Assembly (NCBI RefSeq): GCF_009914755.1
Contig: NC_060942.1
DNA from: the human T2T-CHM13v2.0 reference genome, Homo sapiens
Reading direction: 5' to 3' (one strand)
Length of the DNA stretch: 64,000 nucleotides
Shown: piece by piece, positions 13,791 through 31,455 of the stretch
Numbering within the stretch: the first letter of the stretch is position 1
Layout: each line of letters starts with the position of its first letter
Made by a program: the position numbers and the translations under genes
Notes under the pieces: model-generated
Databases searched by the model: none
Told to the model about the DNA's origin: nothing
Seen by the model: the letters and a program-made list of their open reading frames with translations, nothing else

Positions 13791-15039
13791 TTTGTGTCTT
13801 CTACAGTGAAACTGAAAAATTGTGTAGGTGCATCTAGATCTTCATCATGGATGTTGCATCTGGAAGAATCTCTGCTCTATCTCATCCAGGTTCCTCCTTT
13901 CTTTTTAACTTTGCACCAGATTCTAATGTCTCTGGGAGCTATGAATATATTTTTAACTCTGTCTGAACAGTACCACAGCTGTGTCTAATAAAACTATGCC
14001 TTCAACAGTGGCACCCCAAAGCAATTTCAGATGAAATAAGAATCCTAGAAAGGACCCTAGAAAGAAAAAATCCTGGCCTTAGAATTGGAAGACTAACTCT
14101 GTATGACCATGGTCAAGTCGCTTCACCTCTTTGAGCCCCCATTTCTGAAAGTTGAATGGTCCTGGTGCTTTCTGAGGGCCTGCTCTGCACAGGTCCTGCC
14201 CAGGTGTCGGGATAACCTCTATCCTGTCAGATTTAACACTGCATGACTTCTCTGTTTCCAGGACGTCTTACTTAGACACAAAAGAATGAACTAAACAGCT
14301 CCTCCTCTACCCCCGTTCTTTAACTCGGGGATTTCACCACCTGTTTCCTACTTAGGAGAGGCAAAATGTAACCCAGTGGACGAAGCCCCATTTTCCAAAT
14401 GATTCCTAAGCAGCAAACATGATGTTGAAGTGTTCTGCAAAATTCTCCATGCAATTTTGGAAGCCCAGTCTAAGGAATATATATGACTGCTGCTTAAGCT
14501 GCTCAAAAATAAGTTTAACCAGGGTCTCAGAGTCTTTCTGGCCCAAGACTATTGTGGCTGGAAAGACTAGGAAATCATCCTGGCTAATCTCGACCTCTTT
14601 ACACATTCCACACGTGCTCTGGACAGGGGCTAGGGGACACTCACCAGAGGTCACAGGGCTAATTAGGCACAGTCAGGACCAAAGCTCAAGCTCCTCCAGC
14701 GCCGGCGCACACTAACAGCTACCCCAGTGCACACTGGGCCGTGGCACTGGCTTCTTACCCATCTCTACAACAAAACTGTGGGTAGATGTTACTATTGCAT
14801 GTCAGAGATGAGGTGCTAGAGTCCTGGGAGGTTCAGTTACTTGCTTAAATCTCACAGCTGATACATGAGGAGCCGGGATTGGGCTCAGGCTTTGTCTGAT
14901 TCCGGGCCTGTACTTGTAAGCACCCACCTCAGCCCTGAGACCCCATCTCTATGCCACAGCGTGAAGCCTCACACACAGGAGATGATGAGTCCACAGAACC
15001 TGAGTGGGAACAGTCTCAGAGGAAGGGAAGAAGGGGGCA

Positions 15040-15590
15040 TGCAGTGAGTTTAATGGTGCCCCCCTAAGAGATCCTAACACATCCTAACCCCCACAACCTC
15101 TGAATGGGACCTGTTTTGGAGAAGGCAACTTTGCAGATGTAATTAGTTTAAGTATATCTTGAAGAGATCATCGGGATTATCCAGGTGAGTCCTAACCCAA
15201 ATGACAAGCATCCTTACAAAAAACAGAGGAGGAGCCGGGCACAGTGGTTCACACCTGTAATCCCAGCTACTTGAGAGGCCAAGGTGGGAAGATCGCTTGA
15301 GCCCAGGAGTGCAAGGCTGCAGTCAGCTATGATAAAAATTTAAAAATAAAATAAAAATAAAATCAGAAGAGAAGACACAGACACAGGAGAGAAGGCCATG
15401 TGAAGATGGAGGCAGAGATGGAGCCATGCAGCCACAAGCCAAAGTATGCCTGGAGCCACAAGAAGCTGGAAGACCCAAGGAAGATTCTTTCCTGGCCCTG
15501 CTGATGCCTTGACTTTAGGCTTTCTGGGCTCCAGCATTGTGAGAGAATAAATATCTCTTGTTCAAGCTTTGTAGGCCCGCATAGCATGAG
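15040..15590 (+). mobile_element. MLT1B/C-like MaLR LTR with a truncated Alu inserted at about 15233-15362
   Basis: 'ctttgcagatgtaattag', 'ggccatgtgaagatggaggcagagatggag', 'gagagaataaat'. Confidence 0.8.
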
Positions 15591-15953
15591 AGTCGTTGGG
15601 TACTTAGGCTTCTGAGGCCAAGGCATTAGGTTCTGCAGAACTGAAATCTCCACACTTTGGTAAGAATGGGCGCTGAATAGCCCCCTGGCAAGTCAGCCCC
15701 AGCCCCAGCTGTGCTCTTTACCATTACAGAGCTCCTAAGAACAGAAGGCCTTTTGCCCATTGGAACCCAGTTCCTTACTCTTAGTAAGATTTGGCAATTG
15801 AGCCAAGACATATTCTAGCCTGAGTCAAATATCTAGATTGATAAATTGTCCAAGTCAGGTGTGTGTTGGGGAAAGATTCTTCAATGAAGGTTTCTTGTAG
15901 ATCCTAACCCTCCCAAATACATGTTCAATGCAATTAGATTTTTAAAACTTCCA

Positions 15954-16455
15954 TGATATGGTTAGGCTTTGGTCCCCTCCCAAATCTCATCTTGAATTGT
16001 AATCCCCATAATCCCCACAGTCCCCATGTGTCAAGGGACAGACCAGGTGAAGGTAATTGAATCATGGGGGCAGTTTCCCCCATGCTGTTCTCATGATAGT
16101 GAATGAGCTGTCATTCACTATCACGTGAATGGCTGGAGATGACCTGCTTGGGAGCTCAGGCCACCTCAGGCCACACCTGGCTACACTCCAGGCTGAAGAA
16201 ACTGATAAGTTCCAAGCAAACCGAGGAAACTCCCCAAGCACAAGAGTCAGGAGCTCTTCCCCCTTCACTTGGCACTTCTCCTTCCTGCCATCTTGTGAAG
16301 AAGGTGCCTTCCTTCCACTTCACCTTATGGCATGATTGTAAGTTTCCTGAGGTCTCCCCAGCCATGTCGAACTGTGAGTCAATTAAACCTCTTTCCTTTA
16401 TAAATTACCCAGTCTCAAGCAGTTCTTTATAGCAGTATGAAAAGAGACTAATGCA
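15954..16455 (+). mobile_element. THE1/MST solo LTR with perfect TSD TTCCA, carrying a foreign 128-bp insert
   Basis: tgatatggtt…gactaatgca; ttcca at 15949-15953 and 16456-16460. Confidence 0.9.
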
Positions 16456-18512
16456 TTCCATTTCAATGGACATTTTCAGAAACACACTTCTATGTAAAGC
16501 AAGTTCCGTAGTGCAGACTTCCTGCTTGTTCCCAATGGGTCCTTGGGTTATAAGACTACAAAGACAGAGGTGGCTGGGCTTCTTTATTGAAACTTGCTGG
16601 CTCTGAGACAGAACATTCCAGCAGGCAGACAGGAGATGAGGATGCTTCATCACTTCAGCACTGATGGACTGAATGCTTCTTCTCTGGATCACTGTATCCT
16701 AGAAGCCCAGTCTGAGGATGTGAATAGCAACATCTACCCACAGCTTTATTGTAAAGATGAATAGAGTTGATGTGTAAAAAGCCAGTTCTCTGGACTGGCG
16801 TGCACACGCATGGAAGTAGCCATTATTACAGGCTGGGAATGGAGGAACATGTGCTTCAGTCTTGACTGTTCCTAATTAGCCGTGTGTACCTACTTTTCTC
16901 ATCTATAAACTAGAACGAGCATCTGCCCTAACTAAGGGGCAGATTTTGAGGGAATGGCACAGACTACTTCTCAGGCTGTAAAATGGGGACATGAATGTTT
17001 TTAATTGTCATCCTTGACACTTGATTCCAGTGTTTTCAAATATTTTCCTGGTAAAACAGAGGTCAGATCCTCCTTTGCTCATGCTGCTGTCAGAAGCCCA
17101 GACAGCACTGTTCTGGTGGCCAGAGATGACCTGCTTGGGAGCTCAGGCCACCTCAGGCCACACCTGGCTACACTCCAGGCTGAAGAAACTGGTAAGTTCC
17201 AAACACACCGAGGAACCTGCCCAAGCACGAGAGTCAGGAGCTCTGCGTTACATATGTCATATTTTTTCTATCTAGCCCATATTTAATAAACCCAATTTTT
17301 TAAAAAAGTAATTGAGTCTCAATCCTCAGAAGCAAATCTTGGAAATATGGAAATATTTGAAGACGCCTCCAAACTAGATAAAAGAAAAATAGAGGGTTTC
17401 AAAAATAGCAGCTTATGCAAGATTTTTGATAAAATGAAATCCCCATAATATAAAATTCCCCATAATATAAAATTCCAGAATACATAGTAAGACCTCTGAC
17501 AAGGAATAGAGTCAGACACTGCTTCCACCTATGAATCATGCCAAGAAATAACTACCTCTCATTGGGTGTTGAAAAATCCTTGTAAATATATAGTTTGGAA
17601 GAAATATAAAAGCCGTACTTTCCTCTGATTTCAGAATAAAGACTCTTCCTCCATCCTCTGACTCCCACAAACTTCGGGTGCACACACATGCACGTGTGCT
17701 TACACACGCACACACAAACATACACACACACACACACACACAAAATGAACCAAGAAAGGAAGGAAAAGAGATCAGGAATGAGAGAGCCCACTAATGGATT
17801 GGCTTAAGTATAGAACAACATCCCATCACTGTTCTAGAAAATAATCAATCGAGCACTTAATTTTAAACATAAAAGTAAGCTGCCAGGAGACTGTTAATAG
17901 ATAACCAAATGAATTAACAGTTGTAGGTGGGATTTGAAACCAGGTCAGATTTTCCACCAAGCTCCAGGCCCTATGCATACAAAGGGCCTCACCAGCTCGG
18001 GCACTTGATCTCACACTGTTTCAAAGTGGGATATCTCCTTTTAGCCAATATCCCTCCTCAGCGGGCTTGTCACTTCAGGGGATTGTTCTTTGTGCATCTT
18101 CCATAAATTTTATAACACCACTACTTTAAAATATTGATGGGCAACTTGGCCTTGGCCCAGGCCCACAGTGGGTTAGCATGGACATGAAAACCTTCAGGAG
18201 GGCAGAAACAGGAAGAACACATTCCCCGCTGCCTTTTCGTAAGGGACAATTGTGTAAGTGCGGTGGTTACCTGAGCTGGAGACCTGCCCAGCTTTGATGG
18301 ATGGCTCTGCCCTCTGGGAGGCTGCTGAGAGCTGTTTGGGGACAGGAGGGCACTCAGGACACACACAGGCAATACTGAGGTACCTATAGACCTGCAAAGG
18401 GTAAGTAAAATCCACACATAATCCCCCAAGTTGTTCTAACCTGAAACTCAACTTTCTTAACACTCAGACTTTTTGCAAAGTTATTGATAAATAAGAAAAA
18501 ATGGCTTTGTCA

Positions 18513-19282
<770 letters not shown>

Positions 19283-20066
19283 CAGGACAAGAGAACTGAT
19301 CCCCTAGATTCCTGCCATCACACTCTCTTCATAATACTCCCAGAAAAAAACTATAACACCACTAAGAACAATACAGCAATAGTGTGCTAACCAAATTAAT
19401 ACAAGTTAATAATGACTACCATTTATTGGGCCTTCAACACACATACACACACTCATGCACACACATATATCTCAGACACTGCACTGTACTAAACACATTA
19501 CATATGTGATCTCATTTCATCCTTTAAAAAAAAATCTGCAAGAATAGCCTTTGACTCAGACAACACACTTCCAAGAACTTTTCCTATGGAAATGATCAAG
19601 GATATGTCCAAAGATTTTGTCTATAAGGATATTTGTCAAAATCATTGTTTAGTAATATGTCATGACAAATAAGACATGTCCATGAGATGTTAAATGAGCA
19701 ATACAGAGTATAGAAGAAACATATGAGTATTTTTATAATTTTAAAGTATGCATAAAATATGTGGGGTTAGTTTCATCAAAGTGTCATAAGTTCATGCGTA
19801 ATTTCCCCTTTTTTATGTATCTTACTTTCCACATTTTAAAATAAATTTTAGTAAGAAAAATATATTTTAAAATTATGACCTAGGTGCTATGTCCAAATAT
19901 TCATAGATGTTAATGAATAATAGCCCACTACAGATACAAAGCCCTTTCTAGTCTACATTCTGGTTTTACATGTTGTCTCAGATGATTCTCACACCATCTT
20001 TTCAGGTGGGCAGAGCAGATGGCTTATAATGCTAAAGATTTTTAAGCATACAAAAAATAATTAAAA

Positions 20067-20375
20067 GGCTGGGTGCAGTGTCTCATGCCTGTAATCCCAG
20101 CACTTTGGGAGACAGAGACAGGAGGATCACTTGAGGCCAGGAGTTCGAGACCAGCCTGGGTAACATAGCGAGACCCCATCTCTACAAAAAGAAAATTTAA
20201 AAATTAGCCTGGTGTGGTGGCATGCACCTGTAGTCCCAGCAACTCAGGAAACTGAAGCAGGAGGAGCCCAAGAGTTCTAGGCTGCAGTGAGTTAAGTTAT
20301 GATGGCACCACTGCACACCAGCCTGGGCAACAAAAGGAGACCCCATCTGTTAAAAAAAAAAAAAAAAAGAGAGAG
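20067..20375 (+). mobile_element. Alu (AluJ-like)
   Basis: Dimer with A tail. Confidence 0.92.
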
Positions 20376-20671
20376 AGTAACACATCAAACCAACAGCCTT
20401 TCCCTGTGACCCACAGGCAGGCACACTCAGGCCTCTCTGAAAAGAGGCTGCCCTTGGCTGTGGTCCACGGGGTGTCTGCTCCAGGCTCCCAATGTTCATT
20501 GTGGGGGTGCTCCAACTGCCGTGAAAATAATCTGACTTATCACTCCTTGGGCTCCCCATACTCCCATTACTTCTTAGGTTCTGTAGGATTCTGCTCTGTT
20601 CACTGCAGGAAGGGAGCAAGGTGGGGGAACATTCCAGAATACATAGTAAGACCTCTGACAAGGGATAGAGT

Positions 20672-20879
20672 CAGCAATGTGCAGGAGCTGGCTCATGCTG
20701 GCTCAGGAAAGCCAATCTTTAACAACTCCTCCCAACTCTATGATCAGTAATGCCACGTTGGTAGCTTGGAGCCAGCAGCAGTGGTAGTATTTACACCATG
20801 AAAATCAGCAAATGCTACAAATCAGGGTTCCTTTTTCTCCCAGAGAGCCCGTTGTTAAACGTTTATCAGCACACCACTG
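20672..20879 (+). mobile_element. MER63A-like hAT-Blackjack MITE
   Basis: Termini cag…tgtgc and gcacaccactg; degenerate 8-bp TSD gatagagt/gatgcagt. Confidence 0.75.
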
Positions 20880-22666
20880 GATGCAGTCTCAGAAAGAAAA
20901 ATTCGTATATTCAAATGAAGGTTAATCCCTCCAGACCCCTGCTTTAATTAAGCAGGACTACAGCTCCACAGACTAAGCAGACTGTGAAGGTTGTTTTAAA
21001 ATAACATATTATTCAGAAAACTGTTTATGTATTTACAAACCTTGCCAATTTGCCCACTCTCCATCCCTCCTTGAGGTCTCTTGTTTCCTTTTGCTGTGTT
21101 TCCCCCAGAGTCAAAGAAAGCCCACCTAATACAGTTCTTTTGTTTATAAACTTGATGGACCCAAACAATGTTTGAAACAGCCCAGCTCTGAGCAGGGACA
21201 GAAGAATGTCCTGCTCACCACGGCAGTGCCCAGTCTTGCCCCGAAGTCAGACTTCGCTGAGCCGAAAGCCTTGATAACGTGTTTGCCCCTGTCCTCCGGC
21301 TTCCCAGTCGTTGGGCCGTCTTCACTGGTGCTTCCTGAACAATCTCTACGCTGCACTTGAGGACGACTCAGCTGGGAGTGAAACATGATCAGGAGATAAT
21401 TTGGCCCAGATGGCTCTAATGCAGGCAGGAGCATTTGGCTGTGCATATCCTTAGTCTAGGGGAACCCATTTAAATTTTTTTGAGAAGGGAATGTAACCAA
21501 GCAGCCACACAGCCTCAAAATGCTACCTCATGTTATACAGCTGCAATGAGATGTCTGATCACGCTCCTGGAGAGACATTCGGCTCTTAGGAAGGTAAAGC
21601 CAGGCTAGCCTTTGCTGCTGGATACCACCACGGCTCGGCTCGGTACTTGGCCTTTGGGGGATTCAGAAGGGATCAGGCATAAAACCTTGAATATATTCCT
21701 AGCTCCTGAGGATCAAGGGATTGCAGCAAAGGGTAATACCGCAACTGGAAACAGGAGAAAGCATCGCAGAAACACAGAGTGAACCAGGAGTTCGGAAGAG
21801 GCCCAGGGAGAGGCTTGCGGGACACAAAAAGGTGAAGTGGCTGCACAGAGCAGCTGTCTTTATTTCTGTCGAGCTCTGAGGCATAGGAAGGGGTTAGAAT
21901 TCACTATTTGACACAGTTTTCCTTTTCTGTCATGCAATTGACAGGAGAAAGATACAAATAAAAGAAGCTGCTTGTCTGCAGAGTGTAGCTTCGGGAAAAG
22001 ATTAGTTTGCTTCAGGAAAAATAGGACCCATGCAACCCGAGGCTCTAGAGTATGACGGGGACACATTGGTGAGAGAGTCTCACCAGTGTTAGTGAAAAGG
22101 TCGGCTGCCTTCAGGAGCCAGCTGGAGCTCTACAGCTGTGCACACAGGGTTCCATCTCATTCTCTCCAGCGTAGTCATGGACACTTTAACGTGGAGCCCT
22201 CCCAGAGGAACAGACGGGAAGAGACCACTTTGTTCCCCACTGCCTAATCTTGAGAATGAGAAATTCATGCTCCCCTAAAGTGGGTCCTTACCCACTGCTG
22301 CGTTGGTCTTCCCCTGTGACAAGTTTTCAGGGCCGGATGAGATGACAAGTAAAACAAAATGTACTTTTCAGACAGACCTTTGTCATCGGAAAGCTTTTGT
22401 CCCTTTTAGCCCTCTGGCTGAAACTGTTGATTGGGAATCACTTTCCATGGATTCTGTTAGTACTACAGGCCCATGGGTTTTTGGTGGAGACAAATGGAAT
22501 CTTACTAAAAAGACTTATACCCCTAGTCACTGTGGGGGTAACTTTTGCTCCAAATAGGCAGTGATTATAGAGAGAGCTGCCTCTCTATGTCGTGAATGTG
22601 GAGAATAATACAAGTATGCAATCCACAGATATCATTTCCACCATCCCAGAAAAGTTCCCTTTTAGG

Positions 22667-23170
22667 CAGCAGTGTGCTGGTAAATGGTGACTAACCAGCA
22701 ATCTGAAAAACAGTCTATGCATATAATGTAGGTGTGAGAGTATGTTTACTATAAATTTTACTAATCTAAAAGATGTGGAATACACAATTTACAAATAATA
22801 ATAAAATACACAATACACTTTCCTACAAATTCCATATAGTCAATTCATTCTCAGAGAATGCTTTTGTTGATGTTTACCAAGCTCTCGCATCTGCAGCCAA
22901 CCTATGGTTGCAATTGATCAACAAGTATAGTTCACACATATCGACATTTTGTTTACATTCATGAGCAATGCAAATATGAAACAACTTCTTTGTATGCCAA
23001 TACTTCACTTGGATAAGTTGAATAATAGTTTTCAAATAATGGAAGACTATTCAAGTGTTCAAGTGTTTGTGAAAATCACAGTGTAATGGCTACAGAAACA
23101 ACTTATGTACTGTGTTATTAACGTTTTTCCCATCACTTTCTTAAGTCTAAATAATCAACGACCAAAAAAA
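22667..23170 (-). mobile_element. Longer MER63 (C/D-like) hAT-Blackjack fragment
   Basis: 'gtgtgctggtaaatg…cacaatttacaaataataataaaata…cagagaatgctttt…gccaacctatggttgcaattga'. Confidence 0.7.
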
Positions 23171-24944
23171 GGGCGAAATAATTAGAAAGTAATGAATTTA
23201 GAATGTTACCTTTGTTTTTAATATAACTTAATTTGAAAGATATTATTTTAATGATTAACTTGAAATTTTAACAATTGGTTCACAAGCCAACATGCCATGT
23301 GCCTGTGCAATCAATTCCATGCCATATATACACTTTTTTTCAGATAAGGAAAAGGTAAAAATACAGAATACTACATGGATTATCAAGGTTAAATCTATTC
23401 TTTCTTAACATGACAGGAAAGTAAAGCTTTGACCCGCAGGGGAGACTGGAGAGGGGAAGTTGGCCTGTCTGTTCCCATTTCAGGAGCAGGCTAAGAGTGT
23501 GTTTCTGGAAACAAAACTGTCAGAGTGAAGGCTCACAAGAAATCAGAAACAGGACCCAGATCTCTACCCAAGGGCTTATAACAAAGGCTCAAAGCAGGCT
23601 TTTTTCCAAAAATGTTTTTAATTCCAACATCCATCTTAATGGCCTACTGTAGCCTAATTTAGCCAATAGCTGTTATTCTAAAAATGGAAGCTAATGATTC
23701 CAGCTAAAAACAACGAAGCCGGTACTATCACAGTATGTTGTAAGAAACTGATTATCATGGGGTGCATTTTTCACTTCCTTTTCTCTGAAGAAAGGCTTAG
23801 TAAGAGTCCCACATCAAAAGCAAAAGCATTTCTTTCTCTCACGGGACCCCAGAATAGGAGGAATGTGTTCTCTAGAGGCAACCACCTCCCAGAACTACTC
23901 TTTGGCAAGATGCATCAGACGCACGGAGCGATGGTCTGGCTGAAGGGCACCACCTGCTATTGCTCATCATATTCGTGCCATTCAACAAATATTAGCAGCA
24001 TCAATTTACTTCTCTGAAGCACCTGCAGGTACCCACCACTTGGCTGAGTGCTATATAGCTCTACACACTTTATATTTTGCAAAATACGTGCATATGGAAA
24101 AGAAGCACAACATTTAAGGCAAAGATCAGATAATAGCCGTATTGCACAAGTGTCTAGCTGGAGAAAATTGACAAAAAAAATAGAAAGTTTGTAAAATGAT
24201 CAAAATTTTAGATATGCAGGATAAATATGTTCTGGGGATCTAACATACAGCATGGCGAATGTAGTTAATAATACTTCAAGTACTGTAGACAGTTGTCCTT
24301 CTATATTGGCAGGGAATTGGTTCCAGGATCCCCCACAGATACTAAAAGTTATCCACACTCAGGTCTCCATTTTGCTATTAAAAATTGAGAAGCTGAATAA
24401 TCTTAATTTAGGGCATTAGTTTCCGGGTGAGCTCAGAATTTTCTTATTCCAGCTTGTGACATCTCAATGAATTTCCCATTTCCACCTAACGTTAGGAGCC
24501 ATGTTCCTGGGCCACCTTCAGGATTCTGGCAGAAGGGGTTTCAGGTGAGGTGAGAAGGTTAAGAGGTGAATTGGAGGTTCTTGGCTGATGCACCTGTGCC
24601 TTCACGTGCCCCCGTGCGCACACATAGACGTTCGCTTACAGCTGCCAGCTTTAAATTCTGCCTTCCCGCTGTCGTTGGGCAAGGTGGTCCTTTGCCGCAT
24701 CGACAGGAGCTCATACGGCAGAGCCCCTAGGAATGCAGGTGCCCCCAGTCATCTACACTCTGAGCAGGGGGCAGGTCTTGCTGCTCACTCCACTTGGGGT
24801 ATGGCTGCAGCCTAATCTCTCACCCTTTGTGGGTAATAATAATATACTTTGGATAAGCACAATGGCATCACATTGAGCAAAGGATCTCTTTTACATGCCT
24901 TAAGTTATGGTTTCTTGAATTAAATATGGAATTTACTAGAAAGA

Positions 24945-26628
<1,684 letters not shown>

Positions 26629-27704
26629 AATGAGTTCATTTCTCCTGATACGAAGCAAATTTTGAGTGCAAAAATTTATTGTGATTTTTAAAAAGTTAAG
26701 TAGTTCAAGAATGCATATTCTTTAGAAGAGCACTATACATGCAGGGACCTGGGCTTTATCATCACCCTGGCAAGCTAAACTGCCTCATCAACACTGTCCC
26801 TGCAAAAGTTTCTGTAGAAGTTGATTCATCAATTAAAAGCCAGATCCGTATATACACAGCTGAAGAAACTGCCAGCAGTTCATTGCTAATTACCAGGGCA
26901 AACATTTGTATTTCAAAGTTGACCAACAGGATGACAATTCTCAAAGCTCTAAAAAGATTTTGTCCTACCAAACACTAGCCTAATGTATGACCGTTACCCA
27001 TCCGTGGTTAGTAACAATCAAAGGCAACACTTCTTACAGCAACAAATGCCATGAGCAGTGATCTCAATAAATTCCTCTTTGCCTGTCACTATAAAAGCCA
27101 GTCTGGTCCCAACTCAGTATCAAGGACATTATTCCAGACAGCACAGTACTGCTATCAATTCAGGTTTCCTTAGCAAATAAGTGCTTCAGATATACTCGCA
27201 AGGGCTCCTGAATTGGAGTTTTCTGCATCATCTCCATAAAAATATTTTTTCACCTCTAAAGTCATCAAAGAATTGAAGCAGGCCCTTGGGAAATATCCTT
27301 AAGGGGAGAGAGTGGCTCCAAAAATAACCTTCCTTCCAGCACCACACCACCAGCTCAGAGAATTCACTTCACGGTGGGACGGTCACTCAAAGTCTACTGT
27401 GAACCTCATCCCCAAAAAGGTAATGGCAAAGGCTAGAGGAAAATCCTAAACAATCACCTATGCCTTGTATCTTTCTCTAGAAACACAATCTACTAGTAGA
27501 AAAACCAATTTGAAATTTTAAAAATGTGGATGCTACTCATGAGGGCTGTCATCAACGTAGGAAAACTATTAACTCAAGTGGATGACATGTTTCTTTTCCT
27601 GTATTAAAAAAGCTCCTCACATTTAATAATTCTGATTTAGATCAGTTTTGATTTAACAGACAGCATGAATCAAACTTAGCTAAAACCTTAATGATGTTGT
27701 AATA

Positions 27705-27890
27705 TTTATTAACATAGCCAATTCTCAATATAGAAGATTTATGAATCTCCTAATACTTCCACTTTATAAACTGGCTTAAAAAAAAAAAAAAAAAAAGAAA
27801 CGCTCTTTTGAAGAACAAAGTTTCAGGGCTTGGAGGAAAGAGAAAGTGATCTTTACAAATTCTTCATGGAACCACCGGGGATCTTTTAAT
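27705..27890 (-). terminator. Candidate downstream poly(A) signals (ATTAAA 27885-27890, AATAAA 27705-27710)
   Basis: Hexamers in an AU/U-rich part of the 3' UTR; usage not shown by sequence. Confidence 0.4.
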
Positions 27891-28803
27891 CCATTTAAAT
27901 ACAAACATAGAAGATCAGACTCTGATCTGACATTATTTCTATATTTTTAGAAACACTTTTCACTCATAAATCCAAGGTGACAATGGCATTAAATGGCATT
28001 AAAAATATCTACAGGAAAGGACTACCACGAAATACAATATTATGATAACAGTTATTGCATTAAAGTGGTTACTTTTCTGTATTCTTCACATGTCCCATTG
28101 TATCACTATACATTTTTATAATAAAAAATCGTAAATTAAGAAAGAATTCAAGCAAAGTATTGTTGACTTTATAAAATAATTCTTAAAACAAATGTTCAGA
28201 AAGAAGGCATTCAACTAAGATAGAGAAGATGCTGGATGGAGAGGCTTGCAAGGTCCCGGGAGGAGCTCCAGGGTGAAGCTCATCACTAGCCTTTCCAGCA
28301 GCACTGTCCCTGGAGACCAGAAGCAGTGGGAGCCCCTTCCCTGTGGCACCACGGACTCCCACCAAGGCACGTATCATGAACACTGTACTTGTACACGTTT
28401 ATTACCCTTGGGTGTATGGGGAATCTAAGAGCACCTCTGAAATCCATACTTGATTCCTTTTTACATTGAGGAAAGTGAGATTCACACACAAATACCAAGA
28501 TGACCAATGAATGGTGGCCTCGCTGGCAAAAGCAGCCATTGCAGGTAACCAAATTGCCTCCCTAGCATTCTGTAACCCATGGGCTTAGGGAAAGATTAAG
28601 TAACATTTCTTTTTCAAATTCACTTCAAATACTCAACTGTGTTCATTTAAAAAACAGCAACTATATGCACGAGACTAAACAGATCTCATTCACACTGCCA
28701 GCCCACAGAGGGGACTCTCCGTACCCTTTCAGGAGGGTTTTGGGCAATAAAGCCAAAATCTGTACTTAAATAGGTGTGTCTCATAAGACAAATTTTTAAC
28801 TCA

Positions 28804-28809
28804 TTTATT
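28804..28809 (-). terminator. Proximal polyadenylation signal AATAAA
   Basis: tttatt on plus strand about 260 nt after the stop; FECH is known to have short and long mRNAs. Confidence 0.7.
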
Positions 28810-29066
28810 AAAGGTCCTGATGGACATTCCAAACTAGTAACTTATACCTAGAGAGAGAAAATACAAATGCTTACTGTATAGTTATATAAAAATAGAAATC
28901 CATCAAGAGTCCAATCCTCAAGAAACCACACAATTTGTACCCAAAGGCTGTATATATATCAAGGAAGGATGACTTCCTTCCTTGATCTCTAAATAACACC
29001 CTCTCCACATCGGAGGTATCTGGAGGTTGGGCATTTGCCTAACGCCACGGGGTCCACCGGCGGGGG

Positions 29067-29309
<243 letters not shown>

Positions 29310-29645
29310 TCATCCGAGTGGTGAGCCCTTTGAACCAAATTCTACAGCATCTTCCTTTCCTGAGAATCCTCAGCTTACAGAAAGTTAAAACAGAGATTTC
29401 AGGAGATGAAAACCTCTTACCCTACCCACTAGGCCTTTTCTCTGGAAAGCAGGTTTTAAATCAGACATAGTTATAGGTGGGTAGAAATCAGAAAATTGGG
29501 GCTATCTGAAGGAAAAAAGACTGAGCAGATAAGGAATTCGATTTTATTTTTGTAATTAATTGGAACTCCAAATGTTCTAATATGTGAGAAAAACCAATAT
29601 TCTGCAAGAGTTTCTCAGAGGATTACTCTCTGGTATGTTCTACTA

Positions 29646-29870
<225 letters not shown>

Positions 29871-30179
29871 TCATTAATGAAAAATACTCATGGGGCAGGG
29901 CTGTATGTTGATTCTGTTATCATAAATTATTCCTCAATTCTTATGTCCTTCCCCTTCCCCATTACCTTCCTAAAGGTGGTTTGTTTGCAAATCCTTTTTG
30001 TGGTTACACTTGATGAAATTCTCAAGCAATTTAAATCTGTTTACCATTCTTTTTTTATTCTCTTTTGCTAGTGCATAATTTTACAGACTCTTCCTAAGTA
30101 GAATGTTACTGTAAATATAGTTTCATACTTGTTTTGATCCCAAGTGCCAAAATGAGGTAAATTAACTTATCGACTATAA

Positions 30180-31455
<1,276 letters not shown>

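Noticed and set aside
16130-17244. Duplicated 128-bp unit as a CRISPR-like array or a new mobile element
   Set aside because: Only two copies; no spacers, TIRs, poly(A) or TSD; better explained as a repair-templated copy
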